DNA of 64,000 nt from a virus (lineage: Duplodnaviria > Caudoviricetes): positions 872-64,871 of the IMG/VR virus record IMGVR_UViG_3300032288_002134. The stretch is one strand, 5' to 3'. Shown piece after piece: positions 1 through 8,098 of the stretch. Position 1 is the stretch's first letter; each line of letters opens with the position of its first letter. The notes beneath the pieces were generated by a model. It had not been told where the DNA came from and made no database searches. It saw only the letters and a list, made by a program, of their open reading frames with translations. The position numbers and the translations under genes are program-made.

Positions 1-114
1 TTCGATGATGTATTGAGAGTCCTCTCCTGGTTCTTCAAGTGTTGCCTTATACCCTGGGCAGAAGATGTAATCGTTAATGGTTATTGTGAAACCAAGATAA
101 TCAAATGTAATCAT
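1..114 (-). CDS. hypothetical protein, runs off window start (MITFDYLGFTITIND...)
   Basis: Read by eye: ATG at 114 after an A-rich leader, open to position 1. Confidence 0.6.
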   Translation of the reverse strand, partial: MITFDYLGFTITINDYIFCPGYKATLEEPGEDSQYIIE

Positions 115-139
115 TTTTAAAAGTTTAAGTGTTTAGAAA

Positions 140-412
140 TTAAGATAAAAAACTAAAATCAAAATCATTTATAAAATCCTCTGTTAAGGTCGGCAGCGAT
201 TCTTTTCTTAAATATTCGCCGTTAATAACTAAGTTATCGAATGCCTTGCTACTACTGTTACCTTTTACATTATAACAAGCTCCATCGGTATCCATTAAAA
301 TAGTTGTTTCGCCATTAAATTCCTGAATAATAACTAAGCACTCAGGCGTGAAAGTAAATAATTCGTTTGCTGTTTCGATTGTTACGTTGTTGTTTGTGAT
401 AATAATTTTCAT
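140..412 (-). CDS. hypothetical early protein (90 aa)
   Basis: ORF 140..460 trimmed to MKIIIT, which has an A-rich leader like its neighbours. Confidence 0.7.
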   Translation of the reverse strand: MKIIITNNNVTIETANELFTFTPECLVIIQEFNGETTILMDTDGACYNVKGNSSSKAFDNLVINGEYLRKESLPTLTEDFINDFDFSFLS

Positions 413-439
413 TTTTAAAAGTTTTAAAGTTAAAAAATA

Positions 440-468
440 TTGCAGTGTAAGATGCTGCACCCTATTGA
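440..468 (-). ncRNA. repeated intergenic structured RNA motif, copy 1 (TCAATAGGGTGCAGCATCTTACACTGCAA)
   Basis: Similar to 1532-1563 with compensatory changes; directly after a stop codon. Confidence 0.55.
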
Positions 469-469
469 T

Positions 470-709
470 TTACTTTTCTGTTCCGTACTGCTCAATGTAG
501 TATGCAACGTCATTCCAATTTACTCCGAACTCAGCACTATGTTCTTGAATCATATCTATCAAGCACTGCTTTGCCTGTTCTTCGTTTACTTTATGTGTCG
601 GATGTCTATAGTTTACAAAATCATCTGTATCCCATTTGATAGACTCTTTTTTGTACTGCTCAAATTCTACGAGCAAATCTTCGTACATCTTTTTATAATT
701 TTTTCTCAT
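470..709 (-). CDS. hypothetical early protein
   Basis: ORF in the tightly packed minus operon; ACACCATG start. Confidence 0.75.
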   Translation of the reverse strand: MRKNYKKMYEDLLVEFEQYKKESIKWDTDDFVNYRHPTHKVNEEQAKQCLIDMIQEHSAEFGVNWNDVAYYIEQYGTEK

Positions 710-721
710 GGTGTTAATTTT

Positions 722-1177
722 TTAAATGTTGAAATAAAATTCTTCTATGATATAATCTTTGTTCTCATATTCTTCGCCTCTGAAGGTGTATGTATCAGAG
801 TCTTCGTTATACTCTATCTCATCCAGAAAATCTTGAGGCACGTCATTTGTTTCATGTATTCCATCTGTGTTGTATTTTGTAATGCCGTATATCTCCATGC
901 CTTCTTCACTATAATAGTGTTCAGCGGAGACCTTAAACTGCTTACAAACCATTGCAACATCTTCTATATTCGGACACCATTTTGTTTCGTAATGGATTCC
1001 GTATTCATCCTTATAGATTTCAAAAAAGTACCCACTTTTTATGTCAGATTCATGTATCTTCTGACCTTCGTTTGTCTTACTTTCTTGTGCTATCGCTTTG
1101 TCAATAGCAGCATTGAGTCTGTCAATGTTTTCTTTTTCTCCACTGAAGGAGACTGAATTTGAACACCAGTTTGGCAT
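722..1177 (-). CDS. DUF1281/Api92 (YubB)-like ferredoxin-fold protein
   Basis: N-terminal MPNWCSN and internal YETKWCP, typical of the family. Confidence 0.7.
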   Translation of the reverse strand: MPNWCSNSVSFSGEKENIDRLNAAIDKAIAQESKTNEGQKIHESDIKSGYFFEIYKDEYGIHYETKWCPNIEDVAMVCKQFKVSAEHYYSEEGMEIYGITKYNTDGIHETNDVPQDFLDEIEYNEDSDTYTFRGEEYENKDYIIEEFYFNI

Positions 1178-1189
1178 AGTTGTAATGTT

Positions 1190-1498
1190 TTAAATGTTAG
1201 ATAATTTTGTCATTGTCTCTATCTGTTCTCTCTTTCTCTCTACTATTACTGGGTTGTACTTATTCTTTTGGAATGTGTTGCTTTCTCTCATGGCTATTCC
1301 AAAATTGGCATAGCAGAACATAACTCTGTATGTATTTTTATCTGTCTTCTCTATCAGTGCTGTGTCACTGGTGAAGGCAAAACTTTCTTTCTGTACTTGG
1401 CTTATGTTGTCTGTGTTCATCACTTGAATGCAAGCGCAATTTTGTGCTGATGCTTTGATTGTTAGCAGCGTTAAGGCTGCAAAGATTAACTTTCTCAT
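1190..1498 (-). CDS. putative secreted protein (102 aa)
   Basis: Start trimmed to MRKLIFAALTLLTIKASAQ, a signal peptide with AxA-Q cleavage typical of Bacteroidota. Confidence 0.65.
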   Translation of the reverse strand: MRKLIFAALTLLTIKASAQNCACIQVMNTDNISQVQKESFAFTSDTALIEKTDKNTYRVMFCYANFGIAMRESNTFQKNKYNPVIVERKREQIETMTKLSNI

Positions 1499-1531
1499 GT
1501 GTGTGTGATTTTTTGTGTGTGTTGAAAATGT

Positions 1532-1563
1532 TTGCAGTTGTTCGGATGCTGCGCCCCGATTGA
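1532..1563 (-). ncRNA. repeated intergenic structured RNA motif, copy 2 (TCAATCGGGGCGCAGCATCCGAACAACTGCAA)
   Basis: Covaries with 440-468; begins immediately after a TAG stop. Confidence 0.55.
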
Positions 1564-2112
1564 CTATAGAACTCTTTTGCGCAATGTATCTTTGAACTCG
1601 TCTGTGGCGCATAGTTCTTCAATAGTGCTGTACTCTACATCTTTTGTTTCTAATAAACTTATTCTTTTTTCTGTTGTGTAGTAGATGCCAGAGAATTTAT
1701 ATCTATCCTTTGCGCTGTACTCATCATAAAAACTTTCTCTTCTTATCTTTACTTCAATTGTCACGCAATCATTTTTATGTTCAGATACATAGAATGTACC
1801 ATTATTTGTAAATTGTATCCTACAAATTTTTATTTCTCTGCTGTAAGGGTGTATATTAATCATTGTTCTATCTTCGGGTAAGTCTTCTCTCAGTAAGTCA
1901 GCAATTCTATGTAGCTCATTCTTTTGTAGGTCTGTCCAGATTTGGTATTGGATTTTTTCCTCCTCATCAAGTTGTTTAATTCGTTCTTTTTTGTCTTGTA
2001 GTGGCTTAACGTCTACTAAATTAAACTTTGTTTTCGGCTGTGTTGAAGCGTTTAGTTTTTCGAATTGTGCCGATAGCAATTCGATTGTTTTCTGTTGTGT
2101 GTTGGTTAACAT
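1564..2112 (-). CDS. hypothetical protein
   Basis: 182-aa ORF in operon. Confidence 0.75.
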   Translation of the reverse strand: MLTNTQQKTIELLSAQFEKLNASTQPKTKFNLVDVKPLQDKKERIKQLDEEEKIQYQIWTDLQKNELHRIADLLREDLPEDRTMINIHPYSREIKICRIQFTNNGTFYVSEHKNDCVTIEVKIRRESFYDEYSAKDRYKFSGIYYTTEKRISLLETKDVEYSTIEELCATDEFKDTLRKRVL

Positions 2113-2140
2113 TTTTTAAAATTTAAATTGTTTATAATTT

Positions 2141-2203
2141 GGTTTGTCTCATCAGTGCATCGGAAACCATCTCAATGCATAGGGAGTAAAACTCCCTTTC
2201 GAC
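2141..2203 (-). ncRNA. hammerhead ribozyme, type II with pseudoknot
   Basis: GTC-GAAA-GGGAG(TTTTA)CTCCC-TA^-TGCATTG(AGATGGTTTC)CGATGCA-CTGATGA-GAC-AAACC: full core, three stems, loop I GGTTT pairs with the 3' AAACC. Confidence 0.92.
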
Positions 2204-2394
2204 TATTCCAAATCTTCGTTATACTCAAACGAGCCTGTCTCTATGTATTCAAAAATCTCTTCGAGATACACGAATTCGTAAGTCTTTGAGTCAGCGCAAC
2301 AGATTGTAAAAGTCTGACGGTCGTGTATGTTTTCTTTTTTGTCCGGTATTATTGTACCGGCAGCAATCATTAACCAAAAAAATAGTTGTGTCAT
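2203..2394 (-). CDS. hypothetical protein with hydrophobic N-terminus
   Basis: ORF; ACACCATG start. Confidence 0.65.
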   Translation of the reverse strand: MTQLFFWLMIAAGTIIPDKKENIHDRQTFTICCADSKTYEFVYLEEIFEYIETGSFEYNEDLE

Positions 2395-2406
2395 GGTGTG
2401 TTGTGT

Positions 2407-2628
2407 TTAAAATTTGAATGTGAATTTAATATCTGATTTGTTACTATCTATCGAGTTTAAATAGTTTGATATATTTGTAAATTCATTATGATTTTTTACC
2501 CTCCAACTTTTTAAAAATGGGTAATTTTCATGTATTTCAATATCCAATCCTATGCTTTCAATATATTTTGTAGCTTGATTGAAATTCATTTTTTGGGTTT
2601 CTTTTTTTATTTTTTCTGCTGTTATCAT
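2407..2628 (-). CDS. hypothetical early protein
   Basis: ORF; ACACACCACACCATG start. Confidence 0.7.
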   Translation of the reverse strand: MITAEKIKKETQKMNFNQATKYIESIGLDIEIHENYPFLKSWRVKNHNEFTNISNYLNSIDSNKSDIKFTFKF

Positions 2629-2651
2629 GGTGTGGTGTGTGTTTTAAATTG

Positions 2652-2876
2652 TTAGCAATATTTAAAGTCTATTTTTGCATAGCACTTTGTGAGTGCTTCA
2701 AAATTCTTAATTTTATTTTCAAGTTCTATTACTTCAGATTCATCAAGCTCATCTATATCCTCCCAATATCCGCTTATATCATAGCCTATCGCATCGTAAA
2801 AATGGGTAGTAAAATCGTATAAATTTTCTCTTGTTTGTTCGTACCTTTTTAATAGGCTGATAATTTTATTTCTCAT
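2652..2876 (-). CDS. hypothetical early protein
   Basis: ORF; same leader as 2628. Confidence 0.7.
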   Translation of the reverse strand: MRNKIISLLKRYEQTRENLYDFTTHFYDAIGYDISGYWEDIDELDESEVIELENKIKNFEALTKCYAKIDFKYC

Positions 2877-2891
2877 GGTGTGGTGTGTGTT

Positions 2892-3113
2892 TTAAAGTGA
2901 ATAATATTTTATAAATGCTTTAGCCGATAGTGTGTAAAACTCAGCGTACAAATCTGAGTTTTTTAAATTATCTTTAACCTGCTTGATATACATTTTTTTA
3001 GTCTCATTATCGCCCATCTCATAAAGTAGAATACTTTGTTCAAAGATTTTTTTTGCCTTTATAATTGTTACATCACAATTACAATTCTTTTCAATCCATT
3101 TTAAAGGTTTCAT
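2892..3113 (-). CDS. hypothetical early protein
   Basis: ORF; ACACCATG start. Confidence 0.7.
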   Translation of the reverse strand: MKPLKWIEKNCNCDVTIIKAKKIFEQSILLYEMGDNETKKMYIKQVKDNLKNSDLYAEFYTLSAKAFIKYYSL

Positions 3114-3132
3114 GGTGTTATGTTTTAAATGT

Positions 3133-3225
3133 TTATAAAATGATTGCTAATAAATAGCAGTAAGTTAATATTATTGCAGTAATCATAAGACCGCAAAAGA
3201 AATTGTTTAATTCTGTTCTGTCCAT
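3133..3225 (-). CDS. small membrane peptide (30 aa, MDRTELNNFFCGLMITAIILTYCYLLAIIL)
   Basis: Read by eye; ACACCATG start; fills an operon gap. Confidence 0.55.
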   Translation of the reverse strand: MDRTELNNFFCGLMITAIILTYCYLLAIIL

Positions 3226-3245
3226 GGTGTTAAAAATGTTTTAAA

Positions 3246-3434
3246 TTATAAATTGCTTTGATATTCTAAAATTCCATTGATTGCAATCTGCAAAATGTCG
3301 TCATATTCTGACTCGTGAACATCGTTCCAGTCACCGTTACCGTTGTCTAAACTTTTACAGATTGAAACCAAAAGTTCCAAACTACATTTTTTTAGTTCGT
3401 CAATTTTAACGGTTCTAATGTTTATAATTTTCAT
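3246..3434 (-). CDS. hypothetical early protein
   Basis: ORF in operon. Confidence 0.65.
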   Translation of the reverse strand: MKIINIRTVKIDELKKCSLELLVSICKSLDNGNGDWNDVHESEYDDILQIAINGILEYQSNL

Positions 3435-3497
3435 GTTAAGATGTTTTAATGATTAAAAAATATTTGCAGTTTTGGTAAGGTCTGCAAACTTTTATTT

Positions 3498-4229
3498 TTA
3501 ATAGTCAGTTATAACAAAACCTGATTTGTCTTTTCGTGCGCTACCTTTAGCCTTTAAGCCTAAAATGACTCCTTTTGGGCAATCAAGCATCAAATCGTCG
3601 CGTGAATCCCCGTCTAATACTGTAAAACCTTTGTATGTTTTCGGTAGTTCCTTTGCGAAAACCATTGCGACGATGCCACCATTTTTTAGTATATCAATAC
3701 ACTGCTCTTCGTTATCCTCAGAACGTGAAAACGTCACAACATATCTGTGCAAAGTTTCTGTTATACGTTCACCTTGCTTTTGCCAAATTTTTGTGTAATC
3801 ATAAAAGACTACATTTGGCGCAATGTCATACATTGAGCAAAGTTGCTCAACTAACTTAATGTCAGACGTTCCATTGAGTCTTACGGCCAATTCGCCTTTT
3901 GTTTTTTTAGCTTTTTTGTTTATTTCTGTGGCAATTTGTTCTAAAAACTTGAACCTATCTTTTAAGTAGAGTTCAGTTCTGTTAATTCTTGCACTTTGAA
4001 CGTTTAAGTATACGCCACGTCCTGCGGTATAAAGGCAAGCTTTTAAACAGCCTTCCGACGCCATAGGGCATAAATTAATACCTTTGCTGTTTTGCTTTGC
4101 GGGAGATAAGTACAAAATTAACGTTTCACGTTCATTTTTAGCCGTTTTTGTGTTAGTTACACCGTCAGATAATAATTTTTTAACTGATTTGATTTCAGTT
4201 TTTGTCAATTCTAAAGTATTGCAATTCAT
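3498..4229 (-). CDS. phage Gp88-like protein with three-Cys motif (radical-SAM-like)
   Basis: CPMASEGCLKAC, VRLNGTSD, FYDYTK, GLKAKG motifs. Confidence 0.7.
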   Translation of the reverse strand: MNCNTLELTKTEIKSVKKLLSDGVTNTKTAKNERETLILYLSPAKQNSKGINLCPMASEGCLKACLYTAGRGVYLNVQSARINRTELYLKDRFKFLEQIATEINKKAKKTKGELAVRLNGTSDIKLVEQLCSMYDIAPNVVFYDYTKIWQKQGERITETLHRYVVTFSRSEDNEEQCIDILKNGGIVAMVFAKELPKTYKGFTVLDGDSRDDLMLDCPKGVILGLKAKGSARKDKSGFVITDY

Positions 4230-4267
4230 AATAATAAAAGTTTAAATAATTAAAAAAAATTGTTAGC

Positions 4268-4324
4268 GCGCTTTTCAGATTCGAACCAAAAAAAGTATTA
4301 AAATACTTTGCAGCCATGCAGCGC
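4268..4324 (-). ncRNA. small tRNA-like structure in the early leader
   Basis: GCGCT/AGCGC closing stem, two short hairpins, T-arm TTTGG-TTCGAAT-CTGAA. Confidence 0.45.
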
Positions 4325-4976
4325 AAAAATTGTTTTTTACCGTCATTTTTATATCTGATTTTCAAAATTCCCCTCAGATACATATCAAAACCTATCATTT
4401 TTTGATATCGCAAATATTAACTCGGGTTAATATTACGTTTGTGCTTTTCACTAAAAGTTGAATGCCACAAAAAGAATAATACTAAAAAAGTATTTTTACG
4501 GTAACCGATTGTCAAAAAACTAAAGCAATTAAACAAAGATGATGTAAAACTACATTATAAATTAATTGCTTTGCGAGTCTTATTTTTATGCTCTATTGAA
4601 TCGCGTATATTGCCTTTTGCAATCGTATCTGTTGCGATTCTGATGTAAACATAAAACGACTTTTTTTATTATTCAAACTTTTAGCAAAATATTTTTTAAA
4701 ATTGATAAAAATAAATTTCCACCAAATAAAAAAATATGTCCAAGATTGGCTGTTTATCGTGCTTTCAGCCGGAATGCCGATGAATACAGCGTTTGAAACC
4801 AAAAGATAGTAATAATCGGGCTTTCAGCGATTGAAAAAAATTTTAAAAAAAAATTAAAATTGATAATAAAATGATTCAGTAATTAGGATTGTGAAGGCAA
4901 AAAAGAGAGGGTAACTATTCTGTCGAAAATAGTTTTTTGGTAAAAAAATGCGTCTCCCAGTGCGCAAAAAAATGCA

Positions 4977-5041
4977 AAAAGTAAACTATAATTGAGAAAA
5001 TAGTTTAGCGAAAAGTAAACTATAATTGATAAAATAGTTTA
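4977..5041. repeat. two 31-bp direct repeats, each an interrupted palindrome TAAACTAT-N10-ATAGTTTA
   Basis: 4977-5007 and 5011-5041 differ at one base. Confidence 0.85.
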
Positions 5042-5438
5042 CAAACAGAGCGATTAAGCATATACGAAGTGTGCGAAGTGTGTGCGATTTGTGTAATGTA
5101 TGCAATGCGATTAATTTATTATATATATGTTATAAGTTTAGTAACAGCGGAGAGCGAGAGCTACGAAGGTAACGACGTATACGAAGATGGTAGGTAGTAG
5201 TGATAAGGGACGTGAGCGTATACGAATGTAGTATATATATGTGCAGGTCATAGCATATACGATGGCTACAGAAAAAGGCAAAAAATCGTAGATGGCAGGT
5301 CGAATGGCACACCCCCCTGCCTCAAAAAAAATCGGTTTTCGATTTTCGCTATAGCTCGTAAACTCGCTATAGTACCCAAACATTATTATTATCTGAATAA
5401 AATTTGTAACTTTACCGAAACCTTTTAAAATTTATCAT

Positions 5439-5687
5439 ATGAAGCAGAAGTTGAGTATTAAGAACAGTATCTACCAAGGTGGGTACAATGGAGGTGGAAG
5501 TGGTTTAACTGTTCAGGGTGGAAGACTGATCAACAATAGACCATGTGCCGAGTCCGGTATTGCTATTATGGCTAAAGCCAGGAAAGAAGCGAAGCGTCAG
5601 GAGAAGATTGAGACGATCGCTGAAGGCTATGCTAGAGGAGAGATGAGGGTAGAGATGAAGGAGAATATCCTTGGATACCTCATGTAA
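5439..5687 (+). CDS. hypothetical protein, first plus-strand gene
   Basis: 82-aa ORF followed by a terminator. Confidence 0.7.
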   Translation: MKQKLSIKNSIYQGGYNGGGSGLTVQGGRLINNRPCAESGIAIMAKARKEAKRQEKIETIAEGYARGEMRVEMKENILGYLM

Positions 5688-5714
5688 AATCCATGTCGAT
5701 TTTTTTATGTACAG

Positions 5715-5738
5715 GGTGGCTGAAAAGTCACCTTTTTT
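5715..5738 (+). terminator. intrinsic terminator
   Basis: GGTGGCT-GAAA-AGTCACC followed by T6. Confidence 0.75.
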
Positions 5739-5809
5739 GTGTACACGACATTTTTTTGTAGAGATTTCGTAGACTCTTTTATTACTTTATATTATATTAT
5801 TCTTTATTT

Positions 5810-5975
5810 ATGTCAATAATTGACATTAAAATGTCAATAAAATGTCAATAAGAATATAGTAAATACTATAGAATGTCGAAAATGTCGAAAAAAAAAACAG
5901 TTACAGATTTGGTGTTATGTTAAAGAATATAAAAATATATAGAGAGTATATAGGAATTGAAAATCGGTATTCGGG
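5810..5975. repeat. iteron-like element, copy 1 (putative origin)
   Basis: ATGTC(A/G) repeats plus 19-mer and 26-mer identical to those in 56347-56531. Confidence 0.65.
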
Positions 5976-6026
5976 ATAAAACCCAAGATTACCGGTTTTA
6001 TAAAAGTAGAAATTCCTATTGGTATG

Positions 6027-6057
6027 TTTGGTGGTTTAAAAAGAATTATTATCTTTG
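6027..6057 (+). promoter_or_regulatory. Bacteroidota-type sigma-A promoter of groEL
   Basis: TTTG (6027-6030), 19-nt spacer, TATCTTTG (6050-6057). Confidence 0.7.
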
Positions 6058-6104
6058 CTGCACGATAAATATTTTAACATTCTTTAATTCAATTCAATTT
6101 AATT

Positions 6105-7739
6105 ATGTTTGACAACACAGGTTACACTCCGAAGGATTTGTTGTTCGGAGACGATGCTAGAGCCAAGCTCATTAGTGGCATAAACAAGATTGCCAATGCG
6201 GTGAAGAGTACATTAGGTCCTGGAGGGAATACGGTACTGATAGAGTCACCTCATCACACACATGGTATTACAGTTACGAAGGATGGTGTCACAGTTGCGA
6301 GAGCTGTGGACTTGTTTGATCCGGTGGAGAACCTTGCGGTAAGGATGATGAAGGAGGCAGCGGACAGGACTGCTACCAATGCAGGTGATGGTACTACGAC
6401 AGCGATAGTGTTGACAGAGGCACTGGTGCTTGAGGGTATAAAGAGGCTTACGCCAGAGGTGAACAGGACAGAGGTGCTGAGGCACATGGGTGACATAACA
6501 GGGAGTATAGTAGAGCAGCTTCGTAAGAGGGCTAAGAAAGTGACGAACTCGTTATTGTTGGATGTGGCTACCATATCGGCTAATAATGACAAGGAGATAG
6601 GTCGGATAATATCCGAGGTGTATAAAGAGATAGGGAGAACCGGTATCGTTACCGTTGAGAAATCACAGACCTATGAGACCTATGCAGAGACAACGAAAGG
6701 GATAAAGTTCGACAGAGGGTACACATCCAATCTGTTTATCAACGACCATAAGAAAGACGAGTGCGTATTTGAGGATGTGATGGTGTTGGTTGCCGACATT
6801 GAGATAAGTAACATCCTGCAAGTAGAGAACATACTAAAACCAATCATAACCGAGGGCAAAAAATTGCTCATCATTTCCCCCTGTAGCACTAACGTGGTGA
6901 ATACACTGGCTGCCAATGTAGTGAAAGGCAATGTAAAGGTTTGTGCTGTTGCCCCACCAAACTTCGGGTACAAACAACATGAGCTGATGCAAGACATTGC
7001 TGTCAGTGTAGGTGCTACATACTTCAGCGAGAAGACCGGTGATGATCTGTCAATTATGAACTATGGAGACCTGGGTCATGCTGCCAAGGTCATCGTGTCC
7101 AAAGACAGCACTGTGATCCTTAAATCGGAGTTCAAGTCAAAGCCTGAGATGATTGACGAGAGAGTGAAGCAGTTATGGTCTGCTCACGCTGCTGCAAAGC
7201 GCAAGGCAGACAAAGACTTCATCCTTGAGCGTATCGCTTCGCTTACCGGTGGTATTGGTGTCATCTTCGTGGGTGGTAATACTGACCTGGAGCAGAAAGA
7301 GCTTTATGACAGAGTGGATGATGCGGTATGTGCTGTGAGGTCTGCATTAGAGGAGGGTATCCTTCCAGGAGCAGGCAAGGCATTGTACGAGGTGAACGTG
7401 TTTGGTATCATGGGGGATAATCCAAGCCATGAGAGAAAGGTGGCTGCGCATATCATCCATCATGCACTGTCAAGACCACTATGCCAGATCCTTGAGAACG
7501 TAGGGTTGAGAATAGAGCAGATATATGTTGACAACTGCGATGAGGGCTATGGGTATAATGTCAAGACAGAAGACTTTGGAGACCTTATCAAAATGGGGGT
7601 CGTTGACCCATTGAAGGTGACAAGGAGCGCACTCCAAAATGCTGTTAGCGTAGCGACAACAATTCTTAGCACTAATGCCATCGTCACAATGGCAAGAAGC
7701 TTTGAGATTGCTAACGTATCTAAAAACCCAATGCAATGA
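6105..7739 (+). CDS. groEL: chaperonin GroEL
   Basis: STLGPGG, VTKDGVTVA, AGDGTTTA, GVVDPLKVTRSALQNA; lacks the GGM tail. Confidence 0.97.
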   Translation: MFDNTGYTPKDLLFGDDARAKLISGINKIANAVKSTLGPGGNTVLIESPHHTHGITVTKDGVTVARAVDLFDPVENLAVRMMKEAADRTATNAGDGTTTAIVLTEALVLEGIKRLTPEVNRTEVLRHMGDITGSIVEQLRKRAKKVTNSLLLDVATISANNDKEIGRIISEVYKEIGRTGIVTVEKSQTYETYAETTKGIKFDRGYTSNLFINDHKKDECVFEDVMVLVADIEISNILQVENILKPIITEGKKLLIISPCSTNVVNTLAANVVKGNVKVCAVAPPNFGYKQHELMQDIAVSVGATYFSEKTGDDLSIMNYGDLGHAAKVIVSKDSTVILKSEFKSKPEMIDERVKQLWSAHAAAKRKADKDFILERIASLTGGIGVIFVGGNTDLEQKELYDRVDDAVCAVRSALEEGILPGAGKALYEVNVFGIMGDNPSHERKVAAHIIHHALSRPLCQILENVGLRIEQIYVDNCDEGYGYNVKTEDFGDLIKMGVVDPLKVTRSALQNAVSVATTILSTNAIVTMARSFEIANVSKNPMQ

Positions 7740-8098
7740 GCTTAAACATTCTAGCCGAAAGGATACATAATGGGAATAAGAACAGAGGCTTTTGGGATGA
7801 GAAGCGTAACGTAGGCGAGATGCTTATGCTTGTCGTTACAGAGCTGTCAGAGGCTCTTGAAGCACATAGATCCGGAAAGATGTTCAATAAAGCCAACAAG
7901 ATAAACTACGAGGGAGCAGAGGATATGACTCAGGCGTTCAAAGATAATATCAAGGATACCTTTGAGGATGAGATAGCCGATGCGATAATACGCTTGTTGG
8001 ATATGTGTGGTGGTCTAGGTATAGACATAGAGTTTCATGTGTTATCAAAAGTATTATATAACTCTACAAGACCATACAAGCATGGAAAGAAATATTGA
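7736..8098 (+). CDS. MazG-like all-alpha NTP pyrophosphohydrolase
   Basis: LVVTELSEALEA...EDEIADAIIRLLD (ExxE...ExxD). Confidence 0.8.
   Translation: MSLNILAERIHNGNKNRGFWDEKRNVGEMLMLVVTELSEALEAHRSGKMFNKANKINYEGAEDMTQAFKDNIKDTFEDEIADAIIRLLDMCGGLGIDIEFHVLSKVLYNSTRPYKHGKKY

Noticed and set aside
440-1156. 238-aa hydrophobic plus-strand ORF
   Set aside because: Antisense shadow of two credible minus-strand genes
4977-5041. Possible CRISPR mini-array
   Set aside because: Only two repeats 3 nt apart, no spacer, no cas genes
4195-5383. Short ORFs 4195-4413, 4593-4802, 5130-5312 and 5138-5383
   Set aside because: No typical leaders, odd composition, overlap repeats or RNA structure; region treated as non-coding
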